Assembly (NCBI GenBank): GCA_951406725.2
Contig: OX597833.1
Coordinates: 40,238,001 to 40,302,000, forward strand
Reading direction: 5' to 3'
Length of the DNA stretch: 64,000 nucleotides
DNA from: Octopus vulgaris
Taxonomy: Eukaryota
This document shows, piece after piece, positions 36,603 through 49,969 of the stretch. Under the pieces are notes generated by a model, which saw only the letters and a program-made list of their open reading frames with translations, was not told the origin of the DNA and made no database searches. Positions within the stretch are counted from its first letter, which is position 1; each line of letters starts with the position of its first letter. The position numbers were made by a program, and so were the translations under genes.

Positions 36603-36876
36603 TAAAGTATACTAGCCATCTCAATATGGCTAACCACTAAGGGTGGGTGTTACTGTAGCTTGTAGGCCCAGGAGATCATCGTCTCCAGCTGGCTTTAGGC
36701 ACACTTTCTGTGCTCTTATGGTATTTACAAAGGGAGGACATCCCTCTCTCGAGACAATCTCCTGGGGCTACAAGCTACAGTAACACCCACCCTTAGTGGT
36801 TAGCCATATTGAGATGGCTAGTAAACTTTACATTGTCGTGCAGTTACTGTTTACATCTCGTTCAGAGATTTATTAT
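36603..36876 (+). mobile_element. Insertion with a 13-bp TSD and ~75-bp internal inverted arms
   Basis: tggatatatattg at 36590-36602 and 36877-36889; the site is single-copy in the paralogue at 35265-35277; arms span 36601-36832. Confidence 0.85.
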
Positions 36877-37683
36877 TGGATATATATTGATTTTTCTTTT
36901 ACGGAATCCCACGTTTTTGGTTATGGGGAATCCGATTCAGAAAACAAATTTTTAAAAACCGCATTTTCAAAACTTCCATTCCCCCCTCTCCTCTTCATTT
37001 TTCACTTTATCCGGAATTTTTTTTTTTTTTTCTTTTTGCGAAATACGTAGAAAAATACGAAGATTAGGATTCTAAAAAAAAAGAAGCCTCAAAGTCATTC
37101 CTTTAATGAGGGTTTTCTTTGACGATCTAACATCTTCGTCGGTAGTTCTCAACCATTTTTTGCCTAAGGACCCCCTTTGATTCCCTTTTTACTTGGGTGG
37201 ACCCTCAAAACCATTCAATGTTTTTAAAAATCCTATAGTATTTTTATAATCAAATATTATTAGGAATTACATTTGAAAAATTGTTTAAATGCTTTATGTG
37301 ATGTAGAAGTTTAACCAATGTATTACACATAGATGTTAACAAAAAAAAAACCTGCCTCTCCCAGAGCCATATGGCCTTCCTCTTCCAGAGCCCGAAAATA
37401 CTTCATATCCATCACCAACATCAGCAAATGCTAAACGTTTTATAAAGTTCAAGTGAGATCTACAATAGATTACAGCTCCGACGTCCAGGGCAGTGTTACT
37501 GTTACACATACAGAAATACAGGATCGTATCAAAAGAAAAAAAAGGAAATTAGTTTTTTTTTTGTTTTTTTTGCCAAAATCCCCCGTTTTCGGATACGAAG
37601 GTTTCGGAAATTTGCCAAAAATCGGCATTGTAAAATTTTCCCCCCTTCCCCACAACTTCTTCAATTTTAACTTTTTTCCCAAC

Positions 37684-37790
37684 ACTAACCCTAACCCTAA
37701 AACGCTAACTCTAACTCTAACCCTAAAATACTAACCCTAACCCTAAAACCCTAACCCTAACCCTAAAATCCTAGCCGTAACCGTAACTAC
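37684..37790. repeat. Interstitial telomere-like (CCCTAA)n, degenerate
   Basis: ctaaccctaaccctaa runs with variant units. Confidence 0.85.
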
Positions 37791-39135
37791 AGAAACATTT
37801 TGAAATTTTTCTCCGAATCATAATCTCCGTATTTTCCCGCATATTTAGAAAAACAAAATTCTTTTTAAAAAAATATTTACAAAAATTTTTGGAAATTTTT
37901 TTTCAGAATCATAATCTCCGTATTTTTCCGCATATTTCGAAAAAAAAAATTCTGAAAAAAGTAAAAAAAAAAATGAAGGAAATGGGGGTGGCGGTGGTAA
38001 TTTTAAAATGCCAATTTTTTTGCAGATCCGTATTTCCCGTAGCCGAAAAGTGGGATTTGTGTCGAAAAAAAAAAATTTTTTTAAGGGTGGTTGGGTGGGG
38101 GGGCAAGTCTTGCCCCCAAAAACCCTTGATTAAATTGCGTAAAGTCATTCGTCAAACCATTCCATCCTCACTGACATTTCTACCATTAAATATATGAGTA
38201 TTCAAAAAGAAACATCGGAGTACACTACCAATACCACAACCTATATAATACTTAACTATTACTTGTATTATCGTTATCACAATTTCTCTGTCAGCACTAC
38301 CACCTGTAACAACATTACTCATTGAAATATAGATGGTTCTAAGATTCTCCACCGAGATAAAACCAAGTTACTATGAGGCGCTGAACCGTCCAGTCACCTT
38401 GCTAAAAGTCTTACTCAGCAATTTATCTATAGTGAGTTCTATTTATCTTAGAACTTACCCACTGTAACACACGCATACATATCTATATCTATCTATCTAT
38501 ATATCTATCTATCTTTATCTATCTATCTATCTGTTTGTCTGTCAATCTATCTATCTATCTATATATATATATATATATATATCATCTATCTATCTATCTG
38601 TCTGTCTGTCTGTATTTATTTATCAGTCTGTTTGTCTGTCTGTCTGTATAGCTACACACTCTCTCTCACACACACACACAGTAATACCAAGGAGATCAAA
38701 TAATCAACTAAATCGTGGTAAATTATCGCAGAAGCACCTCCGTGTTTCTTTCACTTAACAGATTATTCAGAAATAAAATTCCAGATAATTAAACTGACCA
38801 ATGGTTGTTCACGGATCTCGGATATCCTACAAATCCGTGTATGTATCAAAAGCATAACTGCTACATATTAAATGGTGTGTATGTAAGCGTGTGTGCGTGC
38901 ATGCATGCGTGTGTGTATACACATGTATACATGGATATATATTTTGCCCATTAAAATCTAAGGTCTTAATCTGTTTATTTGAACCATTGTTTCAATATCT
39001 GTTCACTTGAATTTCCCTGTATTGCCACTCTTTACCCTGCTGACTTGGTCCGTGGTGAAGACATCAGAACAGAAGTTCTAATCATTTGAGCGCCAAGTAT
39101 TTTCTGTATTGAGATTTTCTCGAATCTCATCTGTT

Positions 39136-39170
<35 letters not shown>

Positions 39171-40607
39171 AGAGATGTGTGTGTATTTGTGTATGTGCGA
39201 GTGACAGAAATGTGCGTGTGTGTTTATGTGTGAGAGAGAGAGGTGTGTGTGTGTGTTTTATGTGTGAGAGAGAGAGGTGTGTGTGTTTGTGTGTGCGTGT
39301 GTATTTATGTGTGAGAGAGAGAGGTTTGTGTGTGTGAAAGAGAGATGTGAGTGCGTATGTATATATGTGTGAGAGAGAGATGTGTGTATGAGAGAGGTGT
39401 GTGTGCGTGTGTATGAGAGAGAGGGAGAGTATGTCACCACACTGAATTTTCCTAAAAAGATGAAATGGCCACATCTGAAATGTCTTTTGCCACAGTGCCT
39501 TTTCGGTCAGAGTTTACCTGGGACTAAGCAACAACAACGATGGTATGTCTACGTGGTCACTCGTCATTCTTGAAATATTAGCTAAAATCTCCCTCAAACT
39601 ACACCTTACCGCGGTGGTTCGTCATCTTTTTGATTTAATGATGCACTGGAGACCCAATAAAAAAAAGTACACTTGGTCTTTCATATAGTAAGTTTAAGAA
39701 AACAAGGATCTTTTCTGTTTCACTCGTAGTTTTCAGTTCTATTAATTTTGTTTTCAAATTTGGTGTACTGATGTAGTTTTGTATACTAATTATGGAAATG
39801 AAATACATTTTTGTCAGTTTTTGAAATTTTAAAATTAAATGAAAATTTTCACTTAATTTTAAAATTTCAAAAACTGAGCCAAAAAGAAAAGATCTGAAAA
39901 TTATATTTTAAAGTTAACAATATAAGAAAAATATACAAATCTGTCTTAAGTGTTGATATGGATTTTCAAAAAACCCTTAAATAGTATTTTTAAAACTCAG
40001 CGACGCGCCCAGATACTTCTATGGGTGTACCGTTTGAGAAACCCTGACTTAATGTCCTAGGCATATTGAATCATATAATCCGGGATGCACGTTGTGTGAA
40101 AAAGACAGAGTGGTCATGGTTGGAAAGCATTTGATAATGTCAAGTCGACCAGGACAGATCTGGGACTAAGCAACAACTTTGTAAAGTTCAATACAATCTG
40201 CAATCGTTCTAATAAGTACAAGCTGTTGTGGTTGTTCGATGTGTTAGAAATAGCAACCAAATCATATTTATCTATCTATCTGTGGAACGATGTATTTGAT
40301 ACATCAATTGTGCCCGAAAAAAAGACGGGACAGTCACTGCTGGAATGCTTTTGATCCGAAGTTTGCTTGCTCAGAACTAAATACCATGCAACAGCTACTA
40401 AACTGCCTATACTCGCCGCCGCCACTCTCACCTGCATTACGATCATGAATCCCGTAACAATCACTGCTGGTACTACCTTATTACAATATCTTCTCTCACG
40501 CCATTGCTGCTGTGTCCATACCACTCACCGTATGATTGTTAACGTAATAATCACCAATACTGTCGCAATTATTATTGCCAGGACATCTTTAGAGCCCCAT
40601 AGACACG

Positions 40608-41026
40608 GGATCTTTTCGGTTTGAACGGCAGTTTTTTCTAGCGGTGTCATATGAAATTGCCACCCATAATTATGTCCCTAGTATCGATCTATTGCATTTC
40701 AATCTGTTTTAGGGTTATGGTTAGGGCTGGGGGGTGAAGGGTTTCTTTTTTCTTCAGAAATGCAAATAAACCCAATCTGTTTCTTAAACGAGGGACATAT
40801 TCATACGGTATAGAATGTTTTCACCTCAAATAGACGTCATTGATTGGTTGAAATTGCAGAAATTGAAGAAAAAAAACAACAAATATCTTACAAACTATAA
40901 ATTTTCTCAATAAAGCCGAGAGAAAAAGATGTTTTATAAACACATTCTATCCAGTATACGAAGTTTAAAAGTGTTTAGTTACGTGGAAATTATTTTTAAA
41001 AACTGCCGTTCAAACCGAAAAGTTCC
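40608..41026. mobile_element. MITE with GG termini and an 8-bp TSD (Merlin- or MULE-like)
   Basis: TIRs ggatcttttcggtttgaacggcagttttt / aaaaactgccgttcaaaccgaaaagttcc; flanks tagacacg (40600-40607) and tagacatg (41027-41034). Confidence 0.85.
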
Positions 41027-42159
41027 TAGACATGTGTACTGCACCGAAGAAAAAGGTCTCGGCCGCCTCGAACTGTTTCCATATTCCCCCTCACATATAA
41101 ACCCACTCCGAATGGTTTCATAGGCTCATGAGTCTTCGGTGCACCAGTGTTGTAGTACCTATATCATTTACAAGAGCATTGACTACCGCTAACGATATTG
41201 TCCCTACCACTACTACCATTACTATGTTGTAAAATAACTTATCACTATCACCACTACAGCCATTACTACATACCGTTGCAACGAAACTCAAGCAGTGTAA
41301 TAGCTTTTCACTACTACCATTGCCAATAACATAATTTTATACCACTGTGATATCCATATTACCACCACCAATATAATTCTTGCGATGCCCACCATCGTAA
41401 CTATGCCGCATAAGAGCTGTTTAGCCAATAGTACCATCACCACCAATATCATCGCTGCTACCATAAAATCCACCATTATACACGAAAATAACGAGCCAAG
41501 CATAGAAGCCTCTAAGTGTTCACTCAATCTGCTAAAATTAGTAGCTATATCTCCCCCAAATTCATCCTGTCGTCCTAACTTAGGATAGAACACATTGGAT
41601 AATATAATTCTTGATACACTTAAAAAAGACAAGATGGTCATGGCTGGAACATCTTTCAAATACAGGTCTGCTCGATCAGGGATGGCTTGAACAGTGGTAT
41701 AGCTAGAGTGTGTGCTGCCTGGGACAGCACTTGTGTTTGCTGATCCCATTCCGGATCCCTAAACCTATTCAGGCTTATAAAGCAGACCATATATTGGCTA
41801 ACAGTGCCTTATAATAGCTAACAATCACCACGAAGACAAGACCCATCACCACCTTAGGAACAGAAACTCACCAACACTCCAACGCTAAGCACGGACAGCA
41901 TTATCGTCACCAACGCCAGAATGAACACTGTAACAGGCCCGTCGCCAGACTTTGGTGCCTGGGTGTACTTCAGAATATTCTGGGTGGGTACTAATCTCTC
42001 TACATATAAAGCTGAAGTTGTCTGCGTATGGCAAGTTTCGTAGCCTTCAACTAACACTATCTCCTCCGAGACCCTGCGGCGCAAGTTGACCAAAATTGAG
42101 AGTATGATAGAAGGCTTGCTCTTCCTTCTGTAGAAGAAAAAATTCAAATCAGACCATGT

Positions 42160-42383
42160 TAACGCCAAAAATTATTTACATCAAAAAGGTGCTTTTTTTC
42201 TATGAAAATCCCTATCTTTTACGATTTTTTAACTGCTGTGTCGGCATTTTTCGGTGTATTTCAACCAGAAAAATATTCACTTAAAGAGAATAACAAGCTA
42301 CATAATGCAACATTTTTCCTTTTCAAAATTTCCAATTCTAAAGGGTCGAAATAAACCAGAGCAACGCCGTGCGATACTGCTAG
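42160..42383 (+). mobile_element. Helitron-like 3' end
   Basis: Degenerate gcaacgccg hairpin region followed by ctgCTAG|t at 42380-42384. Confidence 0.5.
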
Positions 42384-42739
42384 TTTCTAATAATGCTAAA
42401 GTGGAGTTTCGAAATAAATGTACTACTGTAAATCTGAGAGTGCACCATTGAATAGTGAGGGAGCAATACCGTCCAGTGCACACCCTTAGCGACAGGCATA
42501 TACTGAAATGATTTACTCAAGCCATTAACTCTACCACTTTGTGCTCAAGCAAAACTAAGTCTGAACGGTTTGCCGACTCCCCTTCCCCTGTTACCATATT
42601 ATTACCACCACCATCAAAACTACGACTGATGTAAAGGCTCGTATACGATACCCATAATTACGTTAAGAGATTACCAACATCCTCATCTCAGTCACAATTA
42701 TCACCGATTCATCTATCATGACTGCTGTAACGACTAACC

Positions 42740-42892
42740 CACTAGCGTAACTAGAGTGTGTGCCGCCCGGGCCGGCCCGTCCGTTTGCCGACCCCGTACC
42801 CAACAAAAACACATATTGCCCTACAACAGACCCAAAAGTGCCGCCCGGAGTGGACCGCCCCTATCGCCTCCACCTGCCAGCTACGCTAATGG
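42740..42892. mobile_element. GC-rich hAT-like MITE
   Basis: Ends cactagcgtaact / agctacgctaatg; related fragments at ~35520-35595 and ~41692-41760. Confidence 0.6.
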
Positions 42893-45800
42893 ACTAACCA
42901 TCATTCTGACCATTAACCGCTGCGAAGGCTAACACGTCTCCATCATTCCCATCAATTCTGATTGCCCTAACAACTCAACCCCGACAATCACAACCTCCAT
43001 CGTTTACCATTTCTCCGTCACTATCACCATAACTTCTGCTTCACATCAGTTAGCCAAAGACTCCCCAATACTTTCTCACAAACACCACCATGACTACCTG
43101 ACATTTTACCAGAAACGAGTGAGCCTTTATATGGTCGTTCGATCTGCCAGAAATAACAGCCAATTGTTTTCAATTCACACACCATGCCGTCTTAAAAGCA
43201 AAAAGTGATACATTATATTATGTAGTCTTAAAAAGACTGGACGCTTAAGAATGGGATGCCTTTGACTATAGGTCCGTTGGATTAGAGCTGGCATAGGGTT
43301 GCCGAGGTTGACTTTGCCTTTCATCCTTTCGGGGTCGATAAATAAAGTACCAGTTTCCCACTGGGGTCGATGTAATCGACTTAATCTCTTTGTCCTTGTT
43401 TGTCCCCTCTATGTTTAGCCCCTTGTGGGCAGTAAAGAAATATATTGTAATAATACATCATCCTCACCACTTACACCAACACTACCATGACAGCCGTAAC
43501 AACACTGCAAACACCATCGCCCTCATCGTCGTTACCACCATGTCTGCCGTAATAATCTACTACTCCAAAATACCACCACAATGACTGCCGTAGCACCTTG
43601 CGACCTTAATCACAACCAACAGCCTACAATCCGTCCGTCACTATCGTATCATTATGACTGCCGTAAAAACAATACCCCAATACCAACACCACACAATTTC
43701 AACTGCAACCATCATTACAACGACCAACGGCTTCACCAGCACCACATCATTACTAAGTACTGCCGTAACATTTCACCGCCATCATATCAACACTTAAAGT
43801 GTCTACCGTAATTGCTAACGTCATGGTCATCTCAATTACTGAGGCTGCCGTAATAACTTGATTAACACCGTAACAACCATCCGGCGTAACAATCACCATC
43901 ATTAATCGCCACAATTGAGTTTCATTGTAGTCGCTCGACCTGCAAGAAATAGCAACTAAATCTCTCAAGATTACATCTTAACGTCTTAATGAACACATTG
44001 GATATAATGTACGTCTTAAAAGTATAGGATGGTCGTGGCTGGAACATCTTTGGGTATAGGCAGGGCCGTCTTAGCAGCATTATAGACTCGTGAGGAAATC
44101 AAGGCACTGGGGCCTAGAGTACGTATTTATCGACAGCAAGCCACAGCGTAACAAATCAGATTTAGGCCCCTAGACCCGTGAAGTCCTTGGGAAAATGCCC
44201 AGTGTGCAAATGCCTCAAGACTGTATAGACACTGACCTAGGGTTAAACAATAACACATCGTCATCAGTCTAACATGCTTATCATTATCAAACATCATCGC
44301 AATGACCAAAGCATCACGCCAAACAAGTGTCTACGACAGAAGATCCGGCCTCCGGCAGTCAGCTGTTCCCACAATTCCATTGTCCTACCGACAGAGTAGG
44401 AGGATGTGAGGGAGAGGAGGAGGAGGAGGATATGACAAGCAGTATGTTTCTTTTTCCTCCTTCACACTTTCTCACCCTCTCACTGTGATTTTTGTCATCT
44501 TTCGTTTTCCTTTATTTTTTAGGGAGGGAAGTGTGAGTCTTCAGAACTTCTTACTTTTTCTCCTTTTTTTTTTATCTCTCCTTATCTTATCTTTGTATGT
44601 CTTCATCTCTCACCATTTCCCTCCCACATATACTCTCTCACACTTCCACTCATTCCCTCATATATATATTCTTTATTTCACATTTTCACTCTCACACATT
44701 TATTCTCTGTCTCTATCTCTATCTCCCCGTCTCTCTCTTTCACTTTCTGTTTCTACCTTCTGTTCCTTTCTCTTCCTCTCACTTCCACTCATTACCTCTC
44801 ACACACTTTCTCTTTTACTTTACATCTTGCATCTTCCTCTTCCTCCTTCTCCGTCTTTTCTCCCTCTCTCATTTCCCTTGCTGCTCTTTTTTCTCCTCTG
44901 TTTTTTTCTGTCTTTTTATTCTCCACCCACCCCTCTCTCTTTCTATTCCTCTCTCTCTCTCTCTCTTTCTCTCTCTAATACTTTTTATCACTTCCTTTAG
45001 AAACCGTGCAAGCTTTATGATGTAGTGTGACGAATCTGTATACTGTATGTGATGATTTCTTTTATACAAACACTCATTTATATATTATAGATGCATAATC
45101 TTTATTCCACTCACTGCCCCATCATTCCTTAATACATACCGAGAACACAACACGACATACATTCAATCAGATGCATACATTGAGCCTATTGCATGTGTAT
45201 ACAAAATCACAAACACGTCTATACAAGCTTCTCGATTCTTCTTTACACGTGATAGTTGTGTAAATAGACAAGTGGGGGGAAAACGAGACAGAGAATAGAA
45301 GGTACATATTTCTTTCTTAATCTCATTAAGATCATTATGATCACATACATATGACGCAAGGTGCTTCAATTTTCTAAAAGCTTATGACAACAAAGTCAGG
45401 ACAACCGTTTAGCCTTCTGTTTTGCCTCTGTCAATTTGTCTAACGATCTATCAATCATATATAACTAGATAATTTTTATATTTATATATAACTATATTTC
45501 TTCCTCCCATAATTATATATATACATATATATGTACATACACACAAACCAATTTATATCTTTCCCTGTAGCTGCTTAAATATATACGTACGCAACTTTCC
45601 CTCCACTTAATATATATGAAGTGACTTCCTTCCTATAAAGGTTATAGGGGTTTTTTTGTTTTGTGTTTAAGAAACAGTCAAGATCTGCGATGTTTGTATT
45701 GTAGATTTGGCAAAACAACACGACCAAACTACTTGCAGCATTCTGTAAATTCTTCGGTAGAGCTTACGAAATGAAGTTGATATCAGGAAATATGACTCTC

Positions 45801-46208
45801 AGTCACTTAAGTCATCTGCTGCCATTTGCTATAGCGAGGAAACAAAAAAGGTTATTGAAATTATCTATAAATATATAGTGCAAAAAAAGAACTAAGTCTA
45901 CACTAACAATCGCATATAAATAATTTGTATGTACATAATAACAGTCATAGGTGAATAAATGCATGTAAAACAGCAGCGGGTCTTTCATAAGCGGAACCTC
46001 TAAAGCTATTAAAAAAACTTGCGTATAAAAGATTCAATCTTTTAATATAATTTATATCGGTGTATATTTATATGTATATTTATTTATTTATAAGAGGAGG
46101 AGGAAAAGGTTATTTTTTAAACTAGTGCAATTAAATTTGAGCTGAGTAATGTTGTGTTTAACAACAGCTGACTGCAGCTTCTAACACACACACTCAAGCT
46201 TTCACTTC

Positions 46209-46259
<51 letters not shown>

Positions 46260-48583
46260 ATATATATATATATATGTTTGTACCTATGCTTGTATATATT
46301 GTCGTCCCTTTTGAAAAGTGGAAATAAGAGAGCCTTGCATTTTACAAACATTGAAAGAAACCAGTTTTATTTTATAAGCCGGAAACTAATTAACTGTTTT
46401 AGTGGGACAGAAAATGGAAAATAAAGCTAATAATACAGGTACGTAAATTATTTCATCACTATCTTCCAATATATATAATATATATATATACATACAGTCA
46501 TCTATATGCGTGCATGTTTTTGTTTGTTGTGCATTTAATCCTTTCTTATTGTGACACAAGGTGAACTATTCCTAACAGTTGTTTAATCCCAGGTTAACTC
46601 TGAAAGACTAGAAGTATAATCAAAAGCGTTCCAGCCATGAACATCCCCACTTTGTTTTTAGATTACATGTTGGACTACGCTTTCCAATGATCTTGTTTTA
46701 GATTGTAAGAGTGTGGTTTAAAGGAGATCTATTATTTCTAGCAGATTGCTTGATCGCATAGCGACTATTGAGGTATAGGAAACTGCATTGATCCCTCTTG
46801 TGTAATATTCATTGGCTCTTATTTTAGACAAACCTGCGATAAATTGAACTTGGAACGGAACAACAGGAATGTGTTTAACTCGATGCTTGTCAGCAATGTA
46901 GTTTCTTGTAGATTATATTCATTTAGTTTTTAGAAGTGTATATGCCTGCATGCATGCATCTATGTATAATTTTAACTCTTACACGCAATTACATACACGT
47001 GTGTATATACTTTATGCGACACACCCAAACAATTTATGGCGCGTGTTTAAAGTTTCATTTATTGTCTGAGAGAAAAAGATGAAAAATATACTATGTTGAA
47101 ACTAGTAAACAGGCCTTTGTCGATCCCCTCACCAAGAAAAAGCAATAATAAAATTCCTCATCTAAGTTCGTGTGCCATCATCCTTATGAATATTAATGTA
47201 GATTAAACGACTTCAATTTATCTTTTTCTGGTTTTATATGTTGATATCCTGTATCAGTAAATTCCATGTCAAGTTCTCTTTCACACACACATACATATGC
47301 ATACACATTTTTTAGTTGTCCTTGTTTGACAAGTGATTTTGATCTATTATTGTAATGTATGATGAAATGAAACAATTATATCAAGTGCAGATTGTTGTCC
47401 TCGTTAAACGCACACGAACATTATATTCACTTTTACTTTGTTATGATTTCATAGTATCTACCCAGCCAATCGACTGATCCCTACCCCTCCCTAACAGTCT
47501 TGTGTCTATGTCATAAAAACCGTCGTTTTTCCGTAGTAATAATAGCAGTGTATATTAGAAGTCAAACTCTTTCATCGTATGACATTCCTGCCATATTATA
47601 TGGCAATAACAAATCATATCACAAAATCAACTTCTGTTCTGTGAATTAGAACGATATTTCCAACCCAGCAATTCTTTTACGTCAGCTCTGCTCGTGGTCT
47701 TTTCTTGATTACCACCAGCTCCCACCGTCGCTACAACAACCACACATTATCTTACTTTGCTTCCATGTCCCGTCCCCCCAGTACATTGTACGCCACACAC
47801 CGTCGCACTTAATGCCACGAATGTACTTGCTACACACACAAACCACCCACATCTCTGTTCATGCTTTCACTTCCACTTGGAGCTCTGCACACACACACAC
47901 AGAGGCTAAATATTTGAGTCACATATTAGAATGTATACTTGGATCCACAGATAGAAAGTTAAAGGCTTGTATTGTAAGGAATCAGGAAAACACATACACT
48001 GTCCTCAATACATCAGCACATACACACTACCTTACTAACATCTCATACATACACAGGGCCCTTTCTAACTACATCTATATACACATATACCCTACCCTCA
48101 CTAGCATCTATCATAAACACACACACACACACCACTTTTGCTACGGACAATCTACACACACACACACACCACTTTTGCTACGGACAATCTACACACACAC
48201 ACACACTACTCTCACCTTATCTATGCATACTAACCTCACCACAATCACCCACGACCTTCATTCATCATACATACTCCACTCATTCATTACATATATACTG
48301 CCCTCACTCATAGCACACTGCCCTTACTCGCCACATACAACACAACACAAACCAAGGAGGGGACCACTGTGATTCTTTGACCTACTTGAAATAACAGTCT
48401 TTCCTTCATATCACACCCCATTGTCTTAACAGAGGAAAACTTTGAAACATGTACAATTACATACTTTTCCTAAAAAGACGGTATGATCATGGCTGGAAGG
48501 CTTTACATTGCATGTCTGCCAGGGGCTACCCAACAACACAAGGACAAACTACTCTTGCCTTACTCAGTCTTTACCTCTACCAT

Positions 48584-49640
48584 GATTTGATCCTAGCTAT
48601 TTTAAGGACTTGCTTTCATCAGGATAGGGCCTTGATGATAGTAAGATCGAACAACTGAGTAAGTTTGAGAGCTTGAGTTGTATGCTGCTCATATTTAGTG
48701 GGTGTATGGTGTGATGTTTTCTTGATGTGAGTAGCATTTGTGTTTTCTTGCTACTGAAAGAGAAAAAGTTGGCATATAATTACAGGAAGATACTTTCAAG
48801 GCCACTATTTGAGAGTATCATTCTCAACAAATATGAACTTATAAAAAAAACACTCAAAAACGTCTTTGACTTTTAGTAAAATTTTTGCTTATCTAACACT
48901 ACAAACTTCCTTCGGCATGTAAATCTATCAAAATTTCCTCCTTAGTGACCATCAGTTCTGTTTCCTCAAAGCCAGATCCACAAGTGACCTTCTCTTCTGT
49001 TACATACCAGCCGGTGTTTGCTTTGGAGGAATTTGGGGAAAGTGATGTTGTCGTTCTCAACATTAGTATGACTTTGATCATGTCTTGCATGTAATTCTCC
49101 TATTGAAACTTTTCTGCCTGTATGCTCTACCTATCTCTCATCTCTTGGATCAGTAGCTTCCTACCGAATCCCCCTAGTATTGCATGTAATGATGGAGTTC
49201 TTTCTGTGCATTATTCTATCATCTTTGGCATACCTGAGGGTTCAGTTTTATCGCTCACTCTCTTCCCTCTATACCTCAATGACTTACATGCTATCACATC
49301 CAACAACATTCGCTTTTATACAAATAACACTACCCTTCATTCCTCCCTAACATTCTCCATCTATGTTTTATCTACCCTCAACCCAGACACAAAATGCCAG
49401 GCATACACACCATAAATAGTGGCCTTGAAAGTATCTTCCTGTAGGTATATGCCAACTTTTTCTCATTCAGTAGCAAGAAAACACAAATGCTACTCACATC
49501 AAGAAAACATCACACCATACACCCACTAAATATGAGCAGTATACAACTCAAGCTCTCAAATTTACTCAGTTGTTCGATCTTACTATCATCAAGGCTCTAT
49601 CCTGATGAAAGCAAGTCCTTAAAATAGCTAGGATCAAATC
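48584..49640. repeat. 227-bp inverted repeat (arms 48584-48810 and 49414-49640)
   Basis: The arms align ungapped by eye with about 6 mismatches. Confidence 0.95.
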
Positions 49641-49720
49641 CTTATCTTTATAAATTCCTCTTCTATTCAGGGCCAGAAAATATTTCAACCTCTAACAACT
49701 ATTAATACTCTACAATGGGC
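49040..49720 (+). pseudogene. Decayed non-LTR RT fragment (CR1/Jockey group)
   Basis: SLISWISSFL...GIPEGSVLSLTLFPLYLNDL...FYTNNTTLHSS is a degenerate GVPQGSVLSP.LF..YINDL...YADD. Confidence 0.8.
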
Positions 49721-49969
49721 TTCCACACAGTTTCCATCTACCAAATTCACTCATGAAGCATTGTTTAACCTAGGACTATAGTACAAGATATTTTGCCGAA
49801 GATTTCACATGTTAACATGGTAACAAAAGGGACTCTCTATCCACACAACCAGTTCAAATTGATTACTATTATTGTAAATTCATTGTGTATTATTTATCTC
49901 ATTTATAATATTACTTGCAAAAATAATAAATTGATTATATACATGAATACAGTGATGAATTTAATGAAC

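Larger units (their letters stand above)
35100..38130. repeat. Three related copies of an unclassified repeat (35100-35500 +, 36463-37075 +, ~37790-38130 -)
   Basis: Shared gcctgctgggtgttaacaactgtg...gcaaacgaacctg and tttgcgaaatacgtagaaaaata...gattaggattct; the third copy is inverted. Confidence 0.7.
39500..44250 (+). mobile_element. Cluster of short retroposon-like fragments (family E, (CAA)n tail) in C/A-rich cryptic repeats
   Basis: Recurrent agaaatagcaNCcaaat...acattggat...atggtcatggctggaa...ggactaagcaacaac at ~39500, 40060, 40230, 41520, 43130 and 43930; also ~11100, 18490 (-), 46575 (-), 48370 and 62050. Confidence 0.7.

Noticed and set aside
37684-37790. Chromosome end or fusion site
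   Set aside because: Short, degenerate, single orientation, and embedded in a dispersed repeat.
48116-48205. Short tandem duplication ccacttttgctacggacaatct x2
   Set aside because: Simple slippage between (CA)n tracts.
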